Positions 21,054 through 29,659 of a stretch of 64,000 nt of DNA are shown here, piece after piece. This DNA comes from Gemmatimonas sp. (GTDB taxonomy: Bacteria; Gemmatimonadota; Gemmatimonadetes; Gemmatimonadales; Gemmatimonadaceae). The notes beneath the pieces were generated by a model. It was given only the letters and a program-made list of their open reading frames with translations. It did no database searches and was not told where the DNA came from. Within the stretch, counting starts at the first letter, position 1, and every line of letters begins with the position of its first letter. A program made the translations under genes and the position numbers. The stretch lies in assembly GCA_965279375.1 (NCBI GenBank), contig OZ257156.1:2592001-2656000 (forward strand), written 5' to 3'.

Positions 21054-22082
21054 TCAGAAGAGCCCCGGTTGCTCCGCCGACCCGACCGGAGGAACGAATC
21101 CGAGGTGACGATAGGCGTGCGCGGTAGCGACGCGGCCACGAGGGGTACGGTGCAGAAATCCGTTTTGTACGAGGAACGGTTCGTAGACTTCTTCGATGGT
21201 GCCGGCGTCTTCGCCGATCGCCGCAGCGATGGTGCCCAATCCCACCGGACCGCCGTCGAACTTCTCGATGATCGCTCGCAGCAGTCGGCTGTCCATGTCA
21301 TCGAGCCCGAAGTGATCGACGTCGAGCAGTGCGAGCGCCGCCTGCGCCACGTCGAAGTCGATGCGACCGTTGGCGCGCACCTGCGCGTAGTCGCGCACGC
21401 GACGCAGCAGCCGGTTGGCCACGCGTGGCGTACCGCGCGAGCGTTTGGCGATCTCGCGCGCGCCGGCGGAATCCATCTCCACTTTGAGCACGTCGGCGGT
21501 ACGGCGGACGATGATCTCGAGTTCGTCTTCCGGATAGAACGCGAGCTGGTGCATCAGCCCAAAGCGCGCGCGCAGTGGGGCCGTGAGCATGCCCAGTCGG
21601 GTTGTGGCGCCGACCAACGTGAACCGTTCGATATTCATCGTGACGGTCTGCGCCTTGGGGCCTTCGGAAAGGCGAATGTCGATCCGGAAATCCTCCATGG
21701 CGGGATAGAGGAACTCCTCGATCACCGGGCGCAGGCGGTGGATCTCATCGATGAAGAGGACGTCCCCTTCACGCAAATTCGTGAGCGGGCCGACCAAGTC
21801 GCCCGGCTTCTCGAGCGCCGGTCCCGAAGTGGTGGTGAGATTGACGCCGAGTTCGCGGGCCATGAGGTCGGCGAGCGTCGTCTTGCCAAGCCCGGGCGGT
21901 CCGAAGAACAGCGTGTGGTCGAGCGGTTCGCGGCGCGCCAGCGCGGCATCGATCGCGATCGACAGCCCCTCCTTCACCTTCTTCTGCCCAATGAACTCAG
22001 CCAATCGTTGCGGACGCAGCGACAGTTCGACGACGCTTTCCTCGGCGAGCGCTTCCGGGGTCGTGATCTCGGGCCGACTCAT
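21054..22082 (-). CDS. ruvB: Holliday junction helicase RuvB
   Basis: [41 protein letters not shown]. Confidence 0.98.
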   Translation of the reverse strand: MSRPEITTPEALAEESVVELSLRPQRLAEFIGQKKVKEGLSIAIDAALARREPLDHTLFFGPPGLGKTTLADLMARELGVNLTTTSGPALEKPGDLVGPLTNLREGDVLFIDEIHRLRPVIEEFLYPAMEDFRIDIRLSEGPKAQTVTMNIERFTLVGATTRLGMLTAPLRARFGLMHQLAFYPEDELEIIVRRTADVLKVEMDSAGAREIAKRSRGTPRVANRLLRRVRDYAQVRANGRIDFDVAQAALALLDVDHFGLDDMDSRLLRAIIEKFDGGPVGLGTIAAAIGEDAGTIEEVYEPFLVQNGFLHRTPRGRVATAHAYRHLGFVPPVGSAEQPGLF

Positions 22083-22252
22083 GAACTGGGCGGGGACGGG
22101 TGCGGTGCGATGGGGGCGAGGGAACGCCGAAGGGGCGTCGGAAGAATATACTTGACGGCCCGGACAACTCTCAGCATTTCCCGGAGCGTCGCGTATAGTT
22201 CGGGGTAGGGTAGCAACGGATCGTCCACGCTAGATCGCATACCAAGGGGCCC

Positions 22253-22846
22253 ATGTCTCGTCGCCTGCTTTCCGCCGCCAGTCTGGCCGGTCTCGTTGCT
22301 GTTGTCGCGGTCACGACGGCGGCCGCGCCGCATCGTCCTGCGGGCACGCCGACGGCCGCCAAGCGCGCCGCCAAGGTGGCGCCTCGTACGGTGGCGCCTC
22401 GCACGGGGACGCTGCGGGTCGTGCTGCCGAAGACGGCTGCTGCCGCGAACGTTGCCGCCGTCGCCAAGATCGAAGACGCGATCAACATCGACTGGCGCGT
22501 GCTGGCCGGGTTGGATTACTCGAACGGAAAGGCGACGGACACGCTCAAGAAGCTCGAAGGGAAGATGGTCCGCATCCCGGGCTTCGTGGTGCCCCTCGAC
22601 GACTTTCAGGAAGAGGGCGCGGAGTTCTTGCTGGTGCCGTACTACGGCGCCTGCGTGCACACCCCGCCGCCGCCGCCAAACCAGATCGTGATGGTGAGCA
22701 TGACCGGCAAGAAGGCGATCAAGCTCAACCTGTTCGACGCCGTGTGGATGTCGGGACGCATCAAGATCGCGTCCGTCGAAAGCCCGTACGGCACCGTTGG
22801 CTATCAGCTCGAAGGGCTCAAGGTCGAGCCGTACTCCGCGAAATGA
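22253..22846 (+). CDS. Exported DUF3299-family protein (ZrgD/PA4066-like)
   Basis: Signal peptide; VRIPGF.VPL....EFLLVPY.GAC.H.PPPPPNQIV signature. Confidence 0.85.
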   Translation: MSRRLLSAASLAGLVAVVAVTTAAAPHRPAGTPTAAKRAAKVAPRTVAPRTGTLRVVLPKTAAAANVAAVAKIEDAINIDWRVLAGLDYSNGKATDTLKKLEGKMVRIPGFVVPLDDFQEEGAEFLLVPYYGACVHTPPPPPNQIVMVSMTGKKAIKLNLFDAVWMSGRIKIASVESPYGTVGYQLEGLKVEPYSAK

Positions 22847-23559
22847 CGTCGGACGCGGCCGGTACGCCGGCCGTCGAGCTCTCCAATCTCCGTTTTGCCT
22901 ATCGCAGTGGTCGCGACGTGCTCCAGATCGAGCACCTCGCGATCGCACGCGGCGAGACGGTGTTTCTGCATGGGCCGAGCGGCAGTGGGAAGACCACGTT
23001 GCTCGGCCTCCTCGCGGGCGTGCTTCAGGCCTCGAGCGGCCACATTCGCGTGTTGGGACAGGACTTTGCGACGATGTCGAGCGGCGCGCGTGATGCCTTC
23101 CGCGCGCGACATCTGGGCTACGTGTTTCAGATGTTCAACCTGATTCCGTATCTGCCTGTTCGCGAGAACATCCTGCTGCCGATCCGCCTCGACGCGGGAC
23201 GTCGCGCGCGACTGGGTTCGCAGTCGCTCGACGCGGCGGTGCACGACATCGCGAAGCAGCTCGATATCGATCCCCTGCTCGATGCGCCGATCAGCGAGTT
23301 GAGCGTGGGGCAGCAGCAGCGCGTGGCAGCGGCGCGGGCGTTGATTGGCGCGCCCGAGGTGGTGATTGCCGATGAGCCCACCTCCGCGCTCGACACCGAT
23401 CGTCGCGAGCAATTTCTGCAACTGTTGTTCGCCTCGTGTGCCAAGGCGAAATCCACGTTGGTGTTCGTCAGCCACGACCACACGCTGATGCCGCTCTTTT
23501 CGCGGGTCGTGTCGCTGGCTGAGATCAACAAGGCCGCCGATGTCCGGCGGACCGCGTAG
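22843..23559 (+). CDS. ABC transporter ATP-binding protein (LolD/MacB-type)
   Basis: GPSGSGKTT, GYVFQ.FNL.PYL, LSVGQQQRVA, ADEPTSALD. Confidence 0.95.
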   Translation: MTSDAAGTPAVELSNLRFAYRSGRDVLQIEHLAIARGETVFLHGPSGSGKTTLLGLLAGVLQASSGHIRVLGQDFATMSSGARDAFRARHLGYVFQMFNLIPYLPVRENILLPIRLDAGRRARLGSQSLDAAVHDIAKQLDIDPLLDAPISELSVGQQQRVAAARALIGAPEVVIADEPTSALDTDRREQFLQLLFASCAKAKSTLVFVSHDHTLMPLFSRVVSLAEINKAADVRRTA

Positions 23560-23574
23560 CGGAGTGACCGCGCC

Positions 23575-25182
23575 TTGCTGATACCGCGTCTTGCGCTGCG
23601 CTCTCTGCGCAGCCGCCTGCTGACGACCACGCTCACCGTCGTGTCGATCGCGCTCAGCGTGACGCTGCTGGTGGGAATCGAGAACGTGCGGGCCGGTGTG
23701 CGGGAGAGTTTTGCCGGCACGATTCGCGGCACGGATCTCATTGTGGGCGCACGTGGCGGTACGCTGCAGGTGCTGCTCAGTTCTGTCTTTGGCATCGGCT
23801 CGCCCGCCGGTTCGGTGAAGATGTCCACCTTCGAGCGGTGGCAGAAACATCCGGCGGTGAAGTGGGCGGTGCCGTACTCATTGGGCGACAGCCATCGTGG
23901 CTTTCGCGTGGTGGGCACGACGCCCGAGTTCTTTGCGCGCTACAAGTTCCGCCAGAACACGCCGATCACGTTCGCGCAGGGCGCGGTGTTCGCCGCCGAC
24001 AGCGATGTGGTGATCGGCAGCGAAGTGGCGCAGCGACTGAAGTACACGATCGGATCACCGGTGACGGTGACGCACGGTATGCGCGATATCGGTACGTCTA
24101 ACCACGAGGCGCATCCGTTCAAGGTGGTGGGCGTGCTGGCGCGCACCTTCACGCCGATCGACCGCTCGGTGTACATCACGCTCGAAGGCATCGAGGCGAT
24201 GCACGAGGACTTCGAGAAGCCCGCGGCACCTGTAGCTGCCGCACCCGCTGTCGCACCCGATGCCGCACCCGCTGCCGCGGCCAAGTCTCTAACCCAGGCG
24301 CGCATTCGAGCGCGAAATCAGGCGCGCGCCGAAACGCCGTTGCCCAAGGACGTGCCGCCGGTGATGCCGGGCGCAGAGCCGCCGCCGGGGACGCCGATGG
24401 TCATGCCAGGCGCGTCGCCGCCTCCGGGAACGCCGCTCGTCATGCCGGGCGCCTCGCCACCACCGGGCACCCCAATGGTGATGCCCGGCGCGGAGCCACC
24501 GCCGACCGTCGCCGCGACGGCAAAGCCGACACCCACACAGCCGCGCAAACCGAATCCGCCGCCAGCTCCGATCGACGAGCCCAACGCGCCTGCGGCCGAT
24601 CTCGATCATGGCGACCACGCACACGGCGATGACCAGATCACATCGTTCTTCGTCGGCACCAAGAATCGTTTCGAAGCGCTGATGCTGCAGCGCGAGATGA
24701 ACACCGATCTCGTCGAGCCGCTGACGGCTGTGATTCCGGGCGTCGCGCTCGGTGAACTGTGGCAGAACATCGGTGGCGCCGAGGTCGGCCTTCGCGTGAT
24801 CGCGATTTTCGCCGTGGCCATCGGGCTCACCGGCATGCTCGTTTCACTGTACTCGTCGCTCGAGGCCCGTCGGCGAGAGATGGCAATTTTCCGCGCCATC
24901 GGCGCCGGGCCGCGCACGATCGTGTCGCTCCTCGTCCTGGAATCGGGGCTGCTGGCGTTCCTCGGCTGCGTGATCGGCGTGGCCCTCGTGTACACGGGAC
25001 TCGCGCTCGGTCAGGCGCCCATCGAGCAGCGCTTCGGGCTGCATCTCTCCATTCGGCCGCTCGGCGCAACCGAATGGACCTATCTCGCGGCGGTGTTTGG
25101 AGCCGGTGTGCTGATCGGATTCGTGCCGGCACTCAAGGCGTACCGGACCTCGCTGGTGGACGGACTGAGCCCGCGTGCGTAG
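23575..25182 (+). CDS. FtsX/MacB-type ABC permease with a Pro/Met-rich and His-rich periplasmic insertion
   Basis: DLIVGARG...L..VF.IG, P.SLGDSHRGFRVVGT, RRREMAI.RA.GA; TTG start. Confidence 0.9.
   Translation: MLIPRLALRSLRSRLLTTTLTVVSIALSVTLLVGIENVRAGVRESFAGTIRGTDLIVGARGGTLQVLLSSVFGIGSPAGSVKMSTFERWQKHPAVKWAVPYSLGDSHRGFRVVGTTPEFFARYKFRQNTPITFAQGAVFAADSDVVIGSEVAQRLKYTIGSPVTVTHGMRDIGTSNHEAHPFKVVGVLARTFTPIDRSVYITLEGIEAMHEDFEKPAAPVAAAPAVAPDAAPAAAAKSLTQARIRARNQARAETPLPKDVPPVMPGAEPPPGTPMVMPGASPPPGTPLVMPGASPPPGTPMVMPGAEPPPTVAATAKPTPTQPRKPNPPPAPIDEPNAPAADLDHGDHAHGDDQITSFFVGTKNRFEALMLQREMNTDLVEPLTAVIPGVALGELWQNIGGAEVGLRVIAIFAVAIGLTGMLVSLYSSLEARRREMAIFRAIGAGPRTIVSLLVLESGLLAFLGCVIGVALVYTGLALGQAPIEQRFGLHLSIRPLGATEWTYLAAVFGAGVLIGFVPALKAYRTSLVDGLSPRA
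24361..24504 (+). repeat. Degenerate 39-bp coding tandem repeat (VMPGA[E/S]PPPGTP[M/L]) x ~3.7
   Basis: Units begin at 24361, 24400, 24439 and 24478, with synonymous divergence. Confidence 0.9.
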
Positions 25183-26308
25183 TGCGTCGGCGCGGATCGT
25201 CGCGTTCTATCTGCTCGTCGCGTCCGCCATCACGGCGCAGCAAACGCTGGGACACGCGCGCAGCAACAACTTCGCGATCTTCCGCGCGAGCTTCTGGCAT
25301 CTCGTGCGAGGTCAGGATCTGTACGCGTGGTATCCCGCCGAACACTGGGATCTGTTCAAGTACGCGCCCACCTGCGCGCTGCTCTTCGCGCCGTTCGCGG
25401 TGGTGCCATACGGCGCGGGACTGCTCGCGTGGAATCTGCTGAACGCGCTGGCGCTGAGCGGCGCGGTGGTGATGCTGTTGCCGGGTCGTGCAGGCGTCGC
25501 CGCGCTGTTGATCGTACTGCTCGAGGCGCTGGGCGCTCTGCAGAATACGCAGAGCAATGCGCTGGTGGCCGGACTGATGGTGCTGTCGGTGGTGGCGCTC
25601 GAACGACAGCGCGTGGCCGCTGGTGCCGCCGCCATCATCGCCGGCGCGACCATCAAAGTCTTTCCCCTGAGCGCAGGACTGTTCGGGTTGCTCACGCCGA
25701 TGCGCTGGCGACACGTCGCGTGGTGCGCTCTGGTTGGTGTGGCATTTCTGGTGCTGCCGCTGACGGTCACGTCGCCGGACATGCTGGCGATGCAGTACCG
25801 CTCGTGGCTTGCGGTCCAGGAGCAGGACACCGCCAAAGTCGGCATGGCCTGGATGGGCGGGCTGATTGAACTCGCCCTCGGTCACGCGATCCCGCACGCG
25901 CCGGTGCAGCTCTTTGGGGTGCTGGTGGTGCTAGCCGGTGCATGGTTGGCGCGCGATCAGTGGGACAACGCCACGGTGCGCCGGCTGCTGCTCTCGTCGT
26001 TGCTGATTTTTTCGGTGGTCTTCAATCACATGGCCGAATCGCCCAGCTTCGTGATCGCGTTCACCGGACTCGGGATCTGGTGGGCCAGCATGCCGCGCGA
26101 ACGGTGGCGCGACGTGCTGGTGGTGTTGATCCTGCTACTCGGCTCGGTCGGCGGGTCAGACATCGTACCCAAGCGCATTCGCGTCGAGTATCACGGCAAG
26201 ATCCAGCTCAAGGCGATCGTCACGCTGATCGGCTGGTTTGCGCTGCAGTACGACGTGTGGCGCACCGTGCAGCGCAACGCGACAGAGCCAGTCCGAACGG
26301 TCGCCTAG
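25175..26308 (+). CDS. GT-C fold membrane glycosyltransferase (GT87/DUF2029-like)
   Basis: N.F.IF.......G.DLY, FKY.P..A.LF.PF, Q.N, K..P; multiple TM helices. Confidence 0.8.
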   Translation: MRSASARIVAFYLLVASAITAQQTLGHARSNNFAIFRASFWHLVRGQDLYAWYPAEHWDLFKYAPTCALLFAPFAVVPYGAGLLAWNLLNALALSGAVVMLLPGRAGVAALLIVLLEALGALQNTQSNALVAGLMVLSVVALERQRVAAGAAAIIAGATIKVFPLSAGLFGLLTPMRWRHVAWCALVGVAFLVLPLTVTSPDMLAMQYRSWLAVQEQDTAKVGMAWMGGLIELALGHAIPHAPVQLFGVLVVLAGAWLARDQWDNATVRRLLLSSLLIFSVVFNHMAESPSFVIAFTGLGIWWASMPRERWRDVLVVLILLLGSVGGSDIVPKRIRVEYHGKIQLKAIVTLIGWFALQYDVWRTVQRNATEPVRTVA

Positions 26309-26328
26309 CGCTCGCGTACTCTAGTCGT

Positions 26329-26922
26329 CTACGCCGACGCCAGTCTCGCCAACGCGGCGCGCACGATCACCGACACATCGCCCTTGGTACCGCTTTCCAC
26401 CGCGCCGCGCACCGCACGATCAGCTTCCACCTGCGTGTAGCCCAACGAGAGCAGCGCGCGCACCGCATCGTCCGACACCGCATTCACACCCGCCGGCGCA
26501 CTCGGCGCGCCGCCCACGGTGTCCATCTTGTCGGCGAGGTCGAGAATGAGCTGTTCCGCCTTCTTGCGACCCACGCGCGGCACACGCATCAGCGTGGTCA
26601 CGTCCTTCTCGCGCAGCGCGCGCACCACCCGTTCGGCGGAAAGCGACGACAGAATGCCCAACGCCAGCGCCGGCCCCACGCCCTTGGCGCCCAGCAAGCG
26701 CTGAAAGACGGAGCGCTCGTAGCGCGTGGCGAAGCCGTAGAGATGCCACGCGTCCTCACGCACGGAGAGATGCGTGTGCAGCGTGACCGGCTTCCCCTCC
26801 GTGGGCAACGCTTCGAACGCCGAGAGCGGGATCAGGCACTCGTAGGCGACGCCGCCTTCAGTGAGGATCTCGCAGCGATCGAGCTCGCGAAGAATCAGGG
26901 TGCCGGTCACCTGCGCAATCAT
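26329..26922 (-). CDS. ruvA: Holliday junction DNA-binding protein RuvA
   Basis: GV.YE, VREDA..LYGF, GVGP..AL, VP.VG.K.A, AL.SLGY. Confidence 0.97.
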   Translation of the reverse strand: MIAQVTGTLILRELDRCEILTEGGVAYECLIPLSAFEALPTEGKPVTLHTHLSVREDAWHLYGFATRYERSVFQRLLGAKGVGPALALGILSSLSAERVVRALREKDVTTLMRVPRVGRKKAEQLILDLADKMDTVGGAPSAPAGVNAVSDDAVRALLSLGYTQVEADRAVRGAVESGTKGDVSVIVRAALARLASA

Positions 26923-27449
26923 CGCGGAACTCGTTTCGCTGAAGTGATCGAACTGAGCGTGGGAATGGACGGCAGATTGGTGGCGAGGCAGGCGCACAGT
27001 GCGGCCGCCACACCATCGGACGCATCCGCCGGCTCGGGTGCATGCTTGAGGCGCAGCAGGCGCGCGACCATGAATTGCACCTGCTCCTTGGTTGCCGCAC
27101 CATTGCCGGTGATCGCCTTCTTGATCTCCGACGGCGGATACTCGCGAATGCCGAGCGCCGCCTGCTGTGCGGCGAGCAGGATGACGCCGCGTGCGTGGCC
27201 GAGCACAATGGTGGTGCGCACGTTGCGCGCGTAGAAGACGTCTTCCACGGCCACCGTATCGGGACGATGGCGCGCGATCAGCTGCGTCACGCCATCGTGA
27301 ATGTCATGCAGTCGAGCAGGCAGCGGTTGCTTGGCATTGGTGCGAATGACGCCGCACTCCACCAACGACGCCGTTCGACCGTCGAAGGCGACGACGCCGT
27401 AGCCCGTGACGGCCGTGCCCGGATCGACTCCGAGCACGAGTTTGCTCAC
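26919..27449 (-). CDS. ruvC: Crossover junction endodeoxyribonuclease RuvC
   Basis: LGVDPG...TGYG, AVEDVF, LGHARG, G.G.A.KEQV, DA.D. Confidence 0.97.
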   Translation of the reverse strand: MSKLVLGVDPGTAVTGYGVVAFDGRTASLVECGVIRTNAKQPLPARLHDIHDGVTQLIARHRPDTVAVEDVFYARNVRTTIVLGHARGVILLAAQQAALGIREYPPSEIKKAITGNGAATKEQVQFMVARLLRLKHAPEPADASDGVAAALCACLATNLPSIPTLSSITSAKRVPR

Positions 27450-28189
27450 GCGTCGGCCATGGCGTCCGCGTCCATCTCGAAGTTCGCGTCCACCTTCTGC
27501 ACGTCGTCCAGCTCTTCGAGTGCATCGAGCAGCTTGAGCAGCTGTTCGGCGGCCGCGCCTTCGACCTTCACGGTGCTCTTGGGGATCCAGCCAAGTTCGG
27601 CCGACGAGACTTTGTACTTCTGCGCCTCGAGCCCCTCCTTCACCGCGTGCAGCGAGCCGGGATCGGTCGTGATCACGTACTCCTCGTCCTCCCGCACCAC
27701 GTCTTCGGCGCCTGCCTCCAGCGCGTGCTCCATGATCGCGTCTTCGTTCACGCCCGTCGCGTCCACCGACATCGTGCCTTTGCGATCGAACAGGTACGCG
27801 ACCGAGTTGGCCGAGCCCATGTTGCCGCCGTTGCGCGAAAGCTTGTGGCGCACGTCGGCGACGGTACGCGTGGGGTTGTCGCTCACGGCCTGAATCATCA
27901 GCGCCACGCCGCCCGGACCGTATGCCTCGTAGAGCACGTCGACGTAGTCGACGCCTTCGAGTTCACCGGTCCCCTTCTTGATGGCGCGCTCGATGTTGTC
28001 CTTGGGCATTGAGACGGCCTTGGCGTTGTCGATGGCGGTACGCAGGCGCGGGTTCGCACCCTGATCGCCGCCGCCAAGCTTGGCCGCCATCGTGACTTCA
28101 CGAATCAGCCGCGTGAAGAGGACACCGCGCTTCTTGTCGGTGGCCGCCTTGGCGTTTCTGATGTTCTTCCATTTGCTATGACCAGCCAT
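27446..28189 (-). CDS. yebC: YebC/PmpR family protein
   Basis: MAGHSKW, NPRLR, MPKDNIERAI, YE.YGPGG. Confidence 0.96.
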   Translation of the reverse strand: MAGHSKWKNIRNAKAATDKKRGVLFTRLIREVTMAAKLGGGDQGANPRLRTAIDNAKAVSMPKDNIERAIKKGTGELEGVDYVDVLYEAYGPGGVALMIQAVSDNPTRTVADVRHKLSRNGGNMGSANSVAYLFDRKGTMSVDATGVNEDAIMEHALEAGAEDVVREDEEYVITTDPGSLHAVKEGLEAQKYKVSSAELGWIPKSTVKVEGAAAEQLLKLLDALEELDDVQKVDANFEMDADAMADA

Positions 28190-28297
28190 GACACCCTCGT
28201 GATCGTTCCGCGTCCGCCTCATGGGGAACTGCTGGGCGAAATATGCGGCGGGTCGTGGGCGAGGTGAACCGCTCCGGGCCCCCTCGCGGGACGCGGA

Positions 28298-29146
28298 TCA
28301 GCGTTCGGGGTCGAGAACGTCCTCGAACCGGAGCCACTGCGCGAAGAAGTACAGGTCGGCGTAGGTGCGCGCGCCGTCGCGTCGCTTGAGCACGAGCAAC
28401 TCGGTCGCACCGCTTAGTCCCAAGTCCGACTCGTAGAGCTCCTCGCGGTAAAGCCCCAGTACCAGATCGGCGTGCACGCCCACCGCGCCTCGCGCGCCAA
28501 AGTCGGTGAGCGTCGGCCGTCGATCCTGCCGCGTGCGGTCCAGGCGCGGGAGATGGGAGAGCAGGACGATTGCCACGTCATACGTGAGCGCCAGCCGCTT
28601 GAGCGCCAGCACGGCAAAGGAGAGGGCGTCGTCGCGATTGCTGTCGTGTTCGAGCAGCCCCTCCACGCCATCCACGATCACCAACGCCGCGTCCCGGTGC
28701 CGTTCGATCGCTTCGGCGACGCGAGCCAGGCCGTCTGCGCCGAGTTGCACGACGTGCGGTGTCTGCGCGCGGAGGGAGAGCGACGCGGCCGCGAGCCGGA
28801 CGCGCTCGCCCTCGTCGAAGGTGCCTAGTCGCAACGCGTCGACAGTGACGCGTGCGGTGCTCGCCAACGCACGTTCGAGCACGCGCGCCGGGTGCGCTTC
28901 AGTGGTCAGGAACAGTGCGGGTGAGCTCCGGCGCAGCGCGATGGCCAGCGCCAGCGACGAGGTACCGGCGCCGTCATCTCCACCCAGCACGATCAGGTCG
29001 CCGCGACGAAATCCGCCGCCGACCTCACGGTCGATCGAGGGAAAGCCAGAGGGGACCAGCGTCCGGTCCACCTCGCCGTCGCTGATCCGGTCCACGCGCT
29101 CGATGATGTGCGTGAGAGGCGTGAGAGGCGTGACGTCGTGCGTCAT
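28298..29146 (-). CDS. DnaB-like helicase C-terminal domain protein with degenerate Walker A
   Basis: SGF..ID...GG...GDLIVL, LSHL.R, RP.L.D...GA....AD.V..LYR, E..V.K.R.G; no DnaB N-terminal domain. Confidence 0.85.
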   Translation of the reverse strand: MTHDVTPLTPLTHIIERVDRISDGEVDRTLVPSGFPSIDREVGGGFRRGDLIVLGGDDGAGTSSLALAIALRRSSPALFLTTEAHPARVLERALASTARVTVDALRLGTFDEGERVRLAAASLSLRAQTPHVVQLGADGLARVAEAIERHRDAALVIVDGVEGLLEHDSNRDDALSFAVLALKRLALTYDVAIVLLSHLPRLDRTRQDRRPTLTDFGARGAVGVHADLVLGLYREELYESDLGLSGATELLVLKRRDGARTYADLYFFAQWLRFEDVLDPER

Positions 29147-29541
29147 GCGCTGCCAGCCAGCTGACGCGCGAGTCGCTCGAGCTCCTGAATGGAGGGCCCA
29201 TCGAGATGCGGACCGGCCGCGGCGACCAGGCTGCGCAAGGCGCCCGCCACCTGTAGCGGCGTGCCCGTGGTGGATTCGAGGCAGCGCGAGAACGGCACCC
29301 GCGTACTGGAGGGGAGCGCGAGCGACGCGAGCCACACCTTGGCCGCCGTCGCACGCGATCCGCGATCCACGGTACTCATCGCTGCTGCGCCACGGAGACT
29401 CTCGGCCAGTCGCGCAGCCAGAAGCGCCGCGAGCGCGACCTCACGACCGCCGCCCAATGGTAACCGGCCGGCCAGCGCGGCGAGGGCAGGGAACGGGAAG
29501 GCGAGTCGCTCGAGGCTGTAGGGGAGTGAGTCGGTAGTCAC
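29143..29541 (-). CDS. Hypothetical helical protein (132 aa) translationally coupled to the DnaB-like gene
   Basis: Ala/Leu-rich helical ORF; its TGA overlaps the ATG of the DnaB-like gene. Confidence 0.65.
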   Translation of the reverse strand: MTTDSLPYSLERLAFPFPALAALAGRLPLGGGREVALAALLAARLAESLRGAAAMSTVDRGSRATAAKVWLASLALPSSTRVPFSRCLESTTGTPLQVAGALRSLVAAAGPHLDGPSIQELERLARQLAGSA

Positions 29542-29659
29542 GACGCGAATCTAACGCGGCCGTCGCGATGTGGCGTCCAGCGAGCGACCGCACGAACGCC
29601 TTGTGTTTCGTTCGACTTGCTGGACCGTGGGGGCGCCCACCGGGTACCTTTCAGCGCAT

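Noticed and set aside
28298..29146. DnaB-like gene as a prophage or plasmid replication module
   Set aside because: No integrase, primase or phage genes; the flanks are housekeeping genes of similar composition.
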